Origin: Ignisphaera sp.
Lineage (GTDB): Archaea; Thermoproteota; Thermoprotei_A; Sulfolobales; Ignisphaeraceae
Reading direction: 5' to 3'
DNA: 64,000 nucleotides
Assembly (NCBI GenBank): GCA_038889075.1
Contig: JAWAHS010000001.1
Location: 247,764-311,763, forward strand
Position 1 is the stretch's first letter. The number at the start of each line of letters is the position of its first letter. Of the stretch, positions 43,342 to 53,192 are shown in pieces. The notes under the pieces are model-generated. The model was not told where the DNA came from. It worked only from the letters and a program-made list of their open reading frames with translations, and did no database searches. The position numbers and the translations under genes are program-made.

Positions 43342-44598
43342 TTAAGTTTTTACTGTGTATTTTCCGTATTTGTATGCTGTTGTGTATATTGCTATTATGT
43401 TTTGTGGTGGTGTGTTTGGCTGTATGTTGTGTACTGGTGCATATATATATCCTCCTCCCGGTTTGAATATCTCTATAAGTTTCTTCACATGTTCAATAAC
43501 CTCCTCCTCTTTTGCAAATGGTAGAATATGCTGTGTATCCACACCACCACCCCAGAAAACAATCTGCTCACCAAAATCCCTCTTAAGCACCACAGGATCC
43601 ATACCCCTAGCAGAAATCTGAACAGGATCTATGGCATCTAGTCCAATATCTACGAATTCCTTTATAAAAGGATGTATAGAACCACAACTATGTATACGTG
43701 TAAATGCTTTTGAATATTTTTTCACATAGCTTATGATTTCCTCGTACCTATGTTTGTAGAATTCTCTAAATGTCTGTACCGATATCTGTGGACCCTCTTC
43801 AGTTCCAAGATCATCGTATGCAACTATAGCAACATTTACATATTCACCTAGAGCATTTAAAATTCTCTTTATATTATATCTATAGAGCTCCATGATGTAG
43901 TCTAATACAGCTTCTGCCAACGGTTTCCTAATCCTTAGATCAGATAGCCATCTATCCCAACCTCTTAAACTTTGGCCACCTGCATCATGGAGCCCACCGA
44001 TTTTCGTTACCCCTGGTAACACTATAGCGTATTCTGTGTTCCTGTATAGCCACTCTGCCTTTTTTCTAAGATTTTCTATCTCTTCATCTGTGAACTTATA
44101 CTGATCCCAGTTAAAGTCTTTAATGTCTTCAATAGTTTTTGCATCTGCTAAAGGAGGTTTTATACCCGCATGAATACCCCACCAAAAGTAGTAGCCATCT
44201 TTAGGCATTCTACCGCTATACAAACCCCTTAAATATGCCTTGTAGTACCCCGCTTCTTCAACAATTTCTAGATGCTCTGGAAACTCTATATGTATTCCCT
44301 GCGGATTTCTCCAAATCCGCCAGCCCATCCTATTTACATCAGGATGGCAGGGCTCGAGAACCCTATCAATCCTTACAACATCTATATTGAGGCGTTCCAG
44401 AACCTCTTTTTCAACCTCAGCAAGCATCTGGCTGTAATCAGCAACCCTAATAGGTTTTTCAGATAAACCCATCAATCTTCTAACACCATGATATACATTT
44501 ACATGGATCCCGGTAACACCACTACCCCCTAAATCAATAGGCACCCGATCAGCTTCCTCATGTCTTAAAGCTAAAATAATACGGTTACGAGGTGTCAG
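43342..44598 (-). CDS. UroD-superfamily corrinoid methyltransferase (probable CTG start at 44598)
   Basis: N-terminus (M)TPRNRIILALRHEEADRVPIDLGG, DDLG, HSCG, PVQ.SA.GMDP, FWGGGVDTQ..LP, PVHNIQ. Confidence 0.8.
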   Translation of the reverse strand: MTPRNRIILALRHEEADRVPIDLGGSGVTGIHVNVYHGVRRLMGLSEKPIRVADYSQMLAEVEKEVLERLNIDVVRIDRVLEPCHPDVNRMGWRIWRNPQGIHIEFPEHLEIVEEAGYYKAYLRGLYSGRMPKDGYYFWWGIHAGIKPPLADAKTIEDIKDFNWDQYKFTDEEIENLRKKAEWLYRNTEYAIVLPGVTKIGGLHDAGGQSLRGWDRWLSDLRIRKPLAEAVLDYIMELYRYNIKRILNALGEYVNVAIVAYDDLGTEEGPQISVQTFREFYKHRYEEIISYVKKYSKAFTRIHSCGSIHPFIKEFVDIGLDAIDPVQISARGMDPVVLKRDFGEQIVFWGGGVDTQHILPFAKEEEVIEHVKKLIEIFKPGGGYIYAPVHNIQPNTPPQNIIAIYTTAYKYGKYTVKT

Positions 44599-44858
44599 AC
44601 GACCTTCACCAAAGATTTACAGATGTTCGCCTAAGAATATGAACATTCATGCCCAAAAACAATTCATCTATTTAATAAGTACTTCGCCAATTTCTATGAT
44701 TGTAACTAAGCCTTCGTTCCAGCATCAGTGACTTCGACCTATTCCTTCCAATAATCAATTCTATTATCAATCAAACTTTTGCAAATAAAGCTAATTACAT
44801 ACCCTATATTATAAGAGCGGGTAAGTGGAAACCCGTGTAGCAACAGCGCAGCGATTTA

Positions 44859-45107
44859 CTAAAAGTTATTATCATATCTATAGCAGCATACCAGTATAGA
44901 TACATAAAATGTTATTACTACAAGCTCCCCCTTCTCCTCAATATCAACAGGCTCTCCAGTCCTTGGATCAACCACCTCAACCAAAGCTAGCAACTCTATA
45001 AATATTCCACGATCTTTTTCTGTAAGCTCATCTGGTGGATAGTCGTAGTTTGCAAACGGATAGTATATATCCAACTCACGTGGAACCAGCTGGAGCCTGT
45101 ATAACAT
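44859..45107 (-). pseudogene. Fragment containing a phenylacetate-CoA ligase-like C-terminal motif
   Basis: LVEVVDPRTGEPV..EEKGELVVIT...RY in an 82-aa ORF. Confidence 0.55.
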
Positions 45108-45278
45108 GAGTTAGTCATACTCCTAATATGATTAATACTTTATATGATTGGTCTGTATTTTAGCTAGAGCAATACTGTGCTGCTGAGCTCTAATATTAAT
45201 GGCGATGCCCGTTCAGATTTGGAATAGTGTAGATGAGAGGTTACTTAAAAAATTGGAAGCCTGTATACGTATTTTTGT

Positions 45279-46814
45279 CTATAGTGTATATCTCCAGACA
45301 CCCTTTCCTCTATAGTTATAGATTATACTCTTGTACGCTGTTACATACTCTATTGAATACCCTATGCCCTCTCTCCCTATCCCTGACTCCTTTCTTCCTC
45401 CAAATGGATAGTACCCTACACCGTGTCTAGGCATGTCATTTATATATATAGCTCCAAACTCTAGAAGCCTAATGAGTTTTCTAATTTTTTCTATGTTGTA
45501 TCCAAAGATGGATGCGTCAAGGCCGTATCTACGTCCATTTGCAAGCTCTATAGCCTCATCGAGCTGCTTAAAGGTTGTTATAAGGGATACCGGCGCAAAG
45601 ACCTCATCTCTATAGAGTCTTAACCTCTTCATATTAGCGCCATCTAAAAACTCAATTAATGTCGGTTCAATATATGTTCTACCCAATCTTCTTCCCCCAT
45701 ACAGTATTCTACCACCTAGTTTAACAGCCTCACTAATGGCATCCATTGCAGTATCCGCTGCGGTCTCATCGATCAAGGGACCCACTACTGTTTTTTCATC
45801 CCTAGGATCGCCAACAACTACTTTTGAGAGTTGCACAATAAGTAGCTCCTTCAATTTTGTGTATATAGACTCCTCGGCAATAACAAGCTTTACTGCATCA
45901 CATCTCTGGCCTGCATAGCTATATATACCTGCTGCTATGGCCTGTGCCGCAAACTCTAGATCAGCGTCATCTAGTACTATAGCAGGATCACCTCCACCGA
46001 GCTCCATGACGAACTGCTTTATCCCAGCTGAGGCTAGAATCTTTTTTCCTGTTTCACTACTTCCTGTAAAACTTATGACATGTATTCTACTATCCGATAA
46101 CAGCCTATCAGCTCCACCGCCAGGAATTGTTATAACTGCAAATGAGTCCCTAGGTACACCAGCTTCTATAGCCAGTCTAGCAAATAGTATAACCGGTAGA
46201 GGGTCTGCTGAGGAGGGCTTAATGATGACTGCATTGCCAGCTACAATACTGTAGGCAAATTTTGAGACGGTGTCAAATAGCGGATAGTTGAATGGTATTA
46301 CGGCTAGTACAACACCATATGGCTCCCTCTTAACAATAGCTTCCGTTTCGATAGTCGTTGGGTCCCAATCACCGGGTAGATAATCACCATATACTTTTCT
46401 AGCGTCTAGGTCAGCTCTTCTAAGTCTATCAATAGATGCATTTATTTCCCCAATAGCTTGAGCTCTAGTCTTTCCACTATTAATAACTAGAACCTCTACT
46501 AAGGAGTCTCTATGCTTCTCCATGAGGTCAGCCACCTTCTCTAGAATCTCAAGTCTCTTCCAACCAGGTACATCTCTAATACTCCACCTACCCGCACTAT
46601 AGACCCTCTGTACTATAGCATCTACCTCACTCCATGAGAGTTTTGGCACCTTAGCGATAATACTTAGATCTATGGGTGATTTAACATCCATATACTCTTT
46701 GCCAGCGATCCACTCTCCAGCACCATAAACTTTAAAGTACTGTAGTCCATTCCTCACCTCAAATATATCCGTAAATAGATCATCCTTTAAGTTAAGGCTA
46801 ACCACTCTACTCAC
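45279..46814 (-). CDS. gapN: Non-phosphorylating glyceraldehyde-3-phosphate dehydrogenase
   Basis: ALDH motifs PFNYPL, FTGS, MELGG, GQRCDA, EVFAPV, PRHGVGYYPFGGRK.SG, as in crenarchaeal GAPN. Confidence 0.88.
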   Translation of the reverse strand: MSRVVSLNLKDDLFTDIFEVRNGLQYFKVYGAGEWIAGKEYMDVKSPIDLSIIAKVPKLSWSEVDAIVQRVYSAGRWSIRDVPGWKRLEILEKVADLMEKHRDSLVEVLVINSGKTRAQAIGEINASIDRLRRADLDARKVYGDYLPGDWDPTTIETEAIVKREPYGVVLAVIPFNYPLFDTVSKFAYSIVAGNAVIIKPSSADPLPVILFARLAIEAGVPRDSFAVITIPGGGADRLLSDSRIHVISFTGSSETGKKILASAGIKQFVMELGGGDPAIVLDDADLEFAAQAIAAGIYSYAGQRCDAVKLVIAEESIYTKLKELLIVQLSKVVVGDPRDEKTVVGPLIDETAADTAMDAISEAVKLGGRILYGGRRLGRTYIEPTLIEFLDGANMKRLRLYRDEVFAPVSLITTFKQLDEAIELANGRRYGLDASIFGYNIEKIRKLIRLLEFGAIYINDMPRHGVGYYPFGGRKESGIGREGIGYSIEYVTAYKSIIYNYRGKGVWRYTL

Positions 46815-46995
46815 CAGAATTATGAGAACCGATCAAAATTTTTTATAGTTCTGGTTATGAAAGACATTACATATTTTCAAGAGTCGTAAAGTACAGACCC
46901 TATAAAACTTCTTTTAATAAGTTACATCCTATACTATGTCATCTTAGCTCTACATATACCGTACTTTGTTAGAATTAAAACTAAATATTGTTGCA

Positions 46996-47270
46996 GAGGG
47001 GTTTAGCTCTGGTATAGGTTTATATTGGTTTCATCGCCTCATCCCTGTTTCCCCTGCATCGGTCTTGGATCTGCATCGCCCTTGGAGGTGTTTAGGGCGA
47101 CCCCGGGCACCCCACATCTTGAGTACCTCGGGGAGAGCCTTCATCGAGAGCATCACAGCGGCTCTCGAACCCCTCATCGAGATGTATCCACGTACCACTA
47201 CGCATAGAGTATTTATAAGCGTTTCTATCAATATCAACCAATGCGAACAGATATGAAAACCAAAACAGTT
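46996..47270 (-). mobile_element. MITE-like element resembling a tnpB 3' end/omegaRNA region (copy 2)
   Basis: GC-rich and structured; minus strand GATGTGGGGTGCCCGGGG...GATGCAGGGGAAACAGGGATGAGGCGATGAAACC; ends similar to 37851-38062. Confidence 0.55.
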
Positions 47271-48280
47271 GTACAAGGCTATAACGATACCTAATAATAA
47301 GCTGCTAAATGTTGGGAAGGGGTTGTAATACGGCCCTTATCGTAAATGGAGTACTAGTGGTATCGGTGAATTCTATTTGAAGATTGATAAAAATTGAATC
47401 TGAGTATAGCATTGACCCTTACTATGGTAATGATGCGCTGACTCTCTGTGGCAATATTAGAGGGCTTAGAATAGTTGAGGGCCTTTACCCTTCACCAGCA
47501 ACTAGAGCTACACCTATGGCAGCACCTCTTTTCAAAGTCCTGTCAGTAATATAAACTACCTCTCCATCAATTACCACAACTATATATCTATAGCACCTCT
47601 CTACAACTCTTTTTATATTTTCTGAAAGCCCGTGGTGGTCAGGCATTGATACTGACTACCCCGAAGGAGCTCCATTTCAGGAATGGCGGCTTAGCAATAA
47701 TGGAGCTATAACCAGTGTAACAGATACTAACAGCGGTAGTTTAGTTATTTTAAAGAGTTCTTCTCTTGGCTTAGGAAAGACGAAATACTCAACTAAATAA
47801 GCCTATGATATAGATCTGGAGTCCAGCTAGAATTTCAGAATATTTTGTAATTAGAAGAAAGAAGGCAAAAAGTGCTGGTAGAAAACCTAAAATAATAATT
47901 ATTAACGAATCTACAGTGTGTCTAAAAATGGTAGGCCCACTATAAACTTTAAAAAATATAAAGGGATTACTATCAAAATTCAGCTGATAAAAACCGGTTC
48001 CTAAGACCATTTCAATAGAACAGACATAGGATACCGGATGAGTAATAAAGTCTAGACTTAATTCAGATGAATTAGTGAACCGAAAATTAACTACAGCTTA
48101 ATTAAACCACCATCATACCTGTAGTAACCATTAATGTGGTGCTTAAATGTTTATCGCACCATGTTTTATGGTCTTTATGTGGCTGTCATTCTTCCCTCAC
48201 TCTTAAACATTCAAAGACTAGTGGAATCTATTTCTATGTATAGCCGGGCTATTGTATTCAATTCACCTGCTATATAGTAT

Positions 48281-49516
48281 TTACAGCCCTCTTAATCTAT
48301 GATAATATAAGTGTTCAAGATTTTTCCTTATAGACTCTATAAATTCCTCTGTTGTAGCCACTAGACTTGGTTGTCCCTCCATTACCTTTGCAATATCTTG
48401 TGTAACTACCCTATCTACTTCTATAGTTTTTTTCACTGCCTCCTCCAGTGTATGGGCAAATTCTATAAGTTCACTCGAACCATCTAGCTCCCCTCTCCTC
48501 TTTAGGGCTCTACTCCATGCAAATATGATTGCTGTTGGATTTGTAGATGTCTTTTCCCCCTTTAGATATCTATAGTAGTGTCTTTGCACGGTCCCATGTG
48601 CAGCCTCCGACATATAATGAGCTTCTGGAGAGAGAAGCTCTGATGTCATCATGGCTAGGCTTCCAGAGTATGCGGCCGCTATCATATCTGACAGTACATC
48701 GCCATCATAATTTTTAGCTGCCCAAACAAACCCTCCCTCAGATCTAATAGCCCTAGCATACGCATCATCGATTAGGTAGTATTCGTACTTTAGCCCCTTC
48801 TCATTGAAAATCTCTTTGAATTCCCCCTCAAATACCTCCTGGAATACCTCTTTAAATCTAGCATCGTAGACCTTAGATATCGTCTCTTTGGCTGCAAACC
48901 AGACATCTAGGTTATTCATAAGGGCGTATTTAAATACCGCTCTTGCAAAACTCTCTATAGATCTATCAAGGTTATAGTATGCTTGAAGCACACCTGGTCC
49001 TGGAAACACCCCTATCTTAACCCTTATCTCCCTACCTAATCTAGATCTGTATACAATCTCCGCCTCTCCAATATCATCAAATCTTATACCGGTGCCAGAA
49101 TATATATCTCCAAAGGCATGTCTAGCTACAACTATAGGCTTCTTCCAAAACCTTACAGCGGGAATAACACTTCTAATAACTATAGGGGCTCTAAATATTG
49201 TACCATCCAAAATCTCTCTAATTGTTGCATTAGGACTCCTCCACTCCCTTTTAAGACCATACTCTTTAACCCTTTCAGCATTAGGAGTAATGGTGGCACA
49301 CTTTACACCAACACCTACCCTTTTAATAGCCTCTGCCGCCTCTATTGTAATCCTATCGTTGGTTTCATCCCTAATCTTTATGTGAAGATCGTAGTATTCA
49401 ACCTTTAACTCAACAAAAGGCTCTATAAGTCTTTCCTTAACCCAGTGCCATACAATCCGAGCCATCTCATCACCATCAATCTCAACAATTGGTTTAATCA
49501 TAGATACCCTCTCCAT
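48281..49516 (-). CDS. icd: NADP-dependent isocitrate dehydrogenase (type II, eukaryote/Thermotoga-like)
   Basis: VEIDGDEMAR, VKCATITP, W.SPN.TIR, ARHA.GD.Y, KNYDGDV.SD, EAAHGTV.RHY; ATG at 49516 after GGTGA. Confidence 0.92.
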   Translation of the reverse strand: MERVSMIKPIVEIDGDEMARIVWHWVKERLIEPFVELKVEYYDLHIKIRDETNDRITIEAAEAIKRVGVGVKCATITPNAERVKEYGLKREWRSPNATIREILDGTIFRAPIVIRSVIPAVRFWKKPIVVARHAFGDIYSGTGIRFDDIGEAEIVYRSRLGREIRVKIGVFPGPGVLQAYYNLDRSIESFARAVFKYALMNNLDVWFAAKETISKVYDARFKEVFQEVFEGEFKEIFNEKGLKYEYYLIDDAYARAIRSEGGFVWAAKNYDGDVLSDMIAAAYSGSLAMMTSELLSPEAHYMSEAAHGTVQRHYYRYLKGEKTSTNPTAIIFAWSRALKRRGELDGSSELIEFAHTLEEAVKKTIEVDRVVTQDIAKVMEGQPSLVATTEEFIESIRKNLEHLYYHRLRGL

Positions 49517-49627
49517 ATCATTCACCAAGGACGCTATTCTCAGAGAGCTAGATATGGTAAGGGGTTTATATGCTGGATGTCTAAACATTGAAGTAGAAAC
49601 TATAAGACATGATTTTGCTAGAAGGCT

Positions 49628-50029
49628 TTAGCCGTTAATTCGCTTTCTACTGATATATATCCGGTAGAGCCGGTCTACAACCCTACTATTAACATATGCA
49701 CCGTGCCCCCTAAGACCTCCGGAGAACTTAAATGGTATATGGAGTAGCTCGTGTATCAATACCTTTATCTGTTCATCTCTCCCGAGCTTAGAGAAATTCT
49801 CGTCCACAACCTCTATAGCATACATAGCCTCCTTTCCCAGTACATACCGCCATATTGATGGAAGAGCGTGTATCCTTGCCAATGCCTTTGTCTTAGAGCC
49901 GTAGCTTCTAACTACAACAACTCTGTCGATTAGTATATAGCTAAATACATCATCTAACGTAGTCACAATATCCTTTAATACATCATATATATTCCTATCA
50001 ATTATGTACCTAAGCATGAACAGCACCAA
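49628..50029 (-). CDS. Putative metallopeptidase
   Basis: IHELLHIP (HExxH). Confidence 0.7.
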   Translation of the reverse strand: MVLFMLRYIIDRNIYDVLKDIVTTLDDVFSYILIDRVVVVRSYGSKTKALARIHALPSIWRYVLGKEAMYAIEVVDENFSKLGRDEQIKVLIHELLHIPFKFSGGLRGHGAYVNSRVVDRLYRIYISRKRING

Positions 50030-50088
50030 GAGGGTTTTATATACTGATTATGCTTCAGTATATTTAGTGTTGCTAGGGGTGCATCTAT

Positions 50089-51663
50089 ATGGAAAGGTAC
50101 ATTATGGTTATAGACCAGGGAACTACTGGAACTAGAGTAGTCATAGTTTCATCTGATGGTCTGCCCGCTAAAGGAGGGTGGTGCTACCGTGAACACACAC
50201 AAATATACCCTAGACCTGGTTGGGTTGAACACAATCCTCTAGAAATATGGGAAAAGACAAAACTCTGTATGGAGGAGATCCTTAGAAAAACCCGCATTAA
50301 TCCAAGAGATATTTTAGCTATTGGTGTAACTAACCAGAGAGAGACAGTAGTCGTATGGAATCCCAAGACAGGCCTCCCCCTATATAATGCAATTGTCTGG
50401 CAGGATAGAAGAACAGCTAAGTATGTTGATCTATTGAAGGAGAGCTATATAGATACAATAAAGAGTAAGACAGGTTTAACACCAGATAGCTACTTCTCAA
50501 GTGTGAAGATATGGTGGCTTATAGATAATGTTGAAAAGGTTCGGGAACTTATTAAAAAGGGTGAGGCTGTATTTGGTACAATAGATTCGTGGCTCGTATG
50601 GAACTTGACTAGAGGTTCTAGAGATGTGCTAACTCTAGAAAAAATGGGAGCACATGTCACAGACTACTCAAATGCTTCAAGAACGATGCTCTTCAATATA
50701 CATAAGCTTGAATGGGACAGCGAGCTTCTAGAGATACATGGAGGGATCCCAAGAGAATCCCTTCCTCTACCAAGACCATCAAGCGATAGGGAATTCTATG
50801 GATATATAGGGACTGAGGTAAGCGGCATCCTAAATGGTGTAGATATACCAGTTGCTGCGGCTATTGGCGATCAGCAAGCTGCCTTGTTTGGTCAAGTCGG
50901 ATTCGATATAGGAGATGTTAAGTGTACCTATGGAACTGGTAACTTCATATTAATGAATACAGGAAGCAGCGCCATTAATTCAAAATATGGATTGCTTACA
51001 ACAATCTACTACTCACTAGAACCTGGTAAAGCTCTATATGCTCTTGAGGGAAGCATATTTATAACAGGCGCTGCCATCCAGTGGTTAAGAGATGGTCTAA
51101 AGATTATAGAGGTTTCGGCTGAAGTAAATCCATTAGCTGAATCCACACCTGATACAGGTGGAATATATTTTGTACCTGCATTTGTTGGACTCGGTGCCCC
51201 ATACTGGGACCAGTATGCTCGAGGACTTATCATAGGAATTACAAGAGGTACAGAGAGAAGGCATATTGCTAGAGCAACGCTAGAAGCCATAGCATATCTA
51301 ACAAGAGATGTTGTAGAGGCCATGAAAGCGGATGTAGGAGAGGAGATAAAGGTTCTAAAAGCTGATGGTGGTGCATCGAAGAGTGATTTTCTCCTACAGT
51401 TTCAAGCAGATATTCTTGGAATAAAGGTTGTTAGACCTGCAATTCCAGAAACAACATCGCTTGGAATAGCATATCTTACTGGGATTGCAGCTGGTGTATG
51501 GAGAAGCTTAGACGAAATTAGAGGTATTTGGAGAATTGATAGGGAATTCGTGCCCGGGATGGATCCTGCAACCAGAGAGAGGCTGTATAGTGGATGGAAG
51601 GCAGCTGTTAAGAGGGCTATTGGATGGGCAAGGGAGGTTCCTTGGGCATACGGATATGAGTAG
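50089..51663 (+). CDS. glpK: Glycerol kinase
   Basis: [47 protein letters not shown]. Confidence 0.96.
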   Translation: MERYIMVIDQGTTGTRVVIVSSDGLPAKGGWCYREHTQIYPRPGWVEHNPLEIWEKTKLCMEEILRKTRINPRDILAIGVTNQRETVVVWNPKTGLPLYNAIVWQDRRTAKYVDLLKESYIDTIKSKTGLTPDSYFSSVKIWWLIDNVEKVRELIKKGEAVFGTIDSWLVWNLTRGSRDVLTLEKMGAHVTDYSNASRTMLFNIHKLEWDSELLEIHGGIPRESLPLPRPSSDREFYGYIGTEVSGILNGVDIPVAAAIGDQQAALFGQVGFDIGDVKCTYGTGNFILMNTGSSAINSKYGLLTTIYYSLEPGKALYALEGSIFITGAAIQWLRDGLKIIEVSAEVNPLAESTPDTGGIYFVPAFVGLGAPYWDQYARGLIIGITRGTERRHIARATLEAIAYLTRDVVEAMKADVGEEIKVLKADGGASKSDFLLQFQADILGIKVVRPAIPETTSLGIAYLTGIAAGVWRSLDEIRGIWRIDREFVPGMDPATRERLYSGWKAAVKRAIGWAREVPWAYGYE

Positions 51664-51686
51664 TACTGCAACTAGGTAGATTTAAT

Positions 51687-53192
51687 TTGAAGAAGTTTAA
51701 GGTTGCTATAATCGGTGCCGGAATTGTTGGAGTAGCTGTAGCACGAGTACTGAGTATGTATGAGAACTTCGATATTTCTATTGTCGAGATGGAACCCGAT
51801 GTTGGATGGGGTGTCAGTAAGGCAAACACGTCCATCATACATCCATGTCACGAAGAGGATCCGGATAGATATCCTCTAAGAGCAAGGCTGTGTAGGGAGG
51901 GAAACTCTATATGGAGAAGCTGGGTAAAGGAACTGGACATACCAGCTAAATGGCCAGGAGAGCTAATGGTATTCTATAGTAGTGAAGAGGAGAGGGAGGT
52001 GAGGAAATACATATGGTTTGCAGCTAGAAATAGTGTTCCTGGAATACGGATTATATATAGGGATGAACTTCCTAGCTATGAGCCAAATATAAGTCCAGAG
52101 GCAGAGGGAGCACTATATGCACCAACAGCTGGAACCATTTCACCATTCGAAGCGGTAATAGCCATTGCGGAGAATGCTACTGAGAATGGAGCTAGACTTT
52201 TTGCAGATACAAAGGTACTAAACATTAAGGTCGAGAATTACAGTATAGCTGGTGTGGAGACGAATAGAGGTTTTATTAATGCTGATATTGTCATTAATGC
52301 TGCTGGTCTATATGCTGATCATATATCACACTTAGCTGGTGTTGCACTTGACTTTTTTATAAAACCTAGAAGGGGTGAGTACATAGTCTTCGATGAAGAT
52401 ATTGATGTAAAGCCTACGAAAATTTTACATACAGTGCCGACATCTATAACTAAGGGGGTATATGCTATAACAACCGTCCACGGCAATCTTATGATAGGAC
52501 CTACTGCCGAGGATTTGTCCACAGATGTTAGGGAAGATAGAGCAACAACAGAAAGTGGCTTTACCTACCTACTTTCAGAGGGTAGAAGACTATTAAAGAA
52601 GCTACCACCCTTATCAAAGATTATAAGAAGGTTTGCAGGCCTTAGACCTGAACCGCCATATGGCAATTGGCTCATAGACGTCTATACTGATCCGTGGGGT
52701 TTTATCAATGTTGCTGGAATTAGATCTCCTGGCTTAACAGCAGCTCCTGCTATAGCTAGATATGTTTTAGAGCTACTTGTAGAGAAATATGATGTAAATC
52801 TTGTTGAGAAAAGTGGCTGGATTCGTTATAGAAAGGGTATAGAGAGTATCAGAAACCTTAGTATAGAAAGGTTGGATAACCTAATAAAGGTAGATCCAAG
52901 CTATGGTAGAATAGTGTGTAATTGTAAAGCTGTTTCAGAGGCTGAGATAGTAAAAGCTGCTGACAATATAGTGAAGATAGGAGCTAAACCTACTATAGAC
53001 GGTATTAAATTTAGAACTACGGCAGGTTTTGGAAAATGTCAAGGATCATTCTGCAGATGGAGGATAGCCCTACTACTATCACATAAACTTGGCATACCAC
53101 TACATAGTGTTATTGTCAAGAGAAGCGCATACGGCTTAGGGGATATAAAGTTTCTATTAAGTAGAAATCAGAGTGAGGTAGAACGTTCTTGA
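51687..53192 (+). CDS. FAD-dependent glycerol-3-phosphate dehydrogenase-like subunit with BFD-like [2Fe-2S] domain
   Basis: GAGIVG, SKANTSIIH, SPGLTAAPAIA, C.C...E...G.CQG.FC; follows glpK. Confidence 0.8.
   Translation: MKKFKVAIIGAGIVGVAVARVLSMYENFDISIVEMEPDVGWGVSKANTSIIHPCHEEDPDRYPLRARLCREGNSIWRSWVKELDIPAKWPGELMVFYSSEEEREVRKYIWFAARNSVPGIRIIYRDELPSYEPNISPEAEGALYAPTAGTISPFEAVIAIAENATENGARLFADTKVLNIKVENYSIAGVETNRGFINADIVINAAGLYADHISHLAGVALDFFIKPRRGEYIVFDEDIDVKPTKILHTVPTSITKGVYAITTVHGNLMIGPTAEDLSTDVREDRATTESGFTYLLSEGRRLLKKLPPLSKIIRRFAGLRPEPPYGNWLIDVYTDPWGFINVAGIRSPGLTAAPAIARYVLELLVEKYDVNLVEKSGWIRYRKGIESIRNLSIERLDNLIKVDPSYGRIVCNCKAVSEAEIVKAADNIVKIGAKPTIDGIKFRTTAGFGKCQGSFCRWRIALLLSHKLGIPLHSVIVKRSAYGLGDIKFLLSRNQSEVERS

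Noticed and set aside
44600-44860. Cobalamin riboswitch upstream of the second corrinoid operon
   Set aside because: Only a short CGGGT/ACCCG hairpin is present; no B12-box consensus is recognisable
46966-47276. Short overlapping ORFs (46966-47256 +, 47025-47207 +, 47031-47276 -)
   Set aside because: They are by-products of the GC-rich element, with no coherent protein family beyond a TnpB-tail-like remnant
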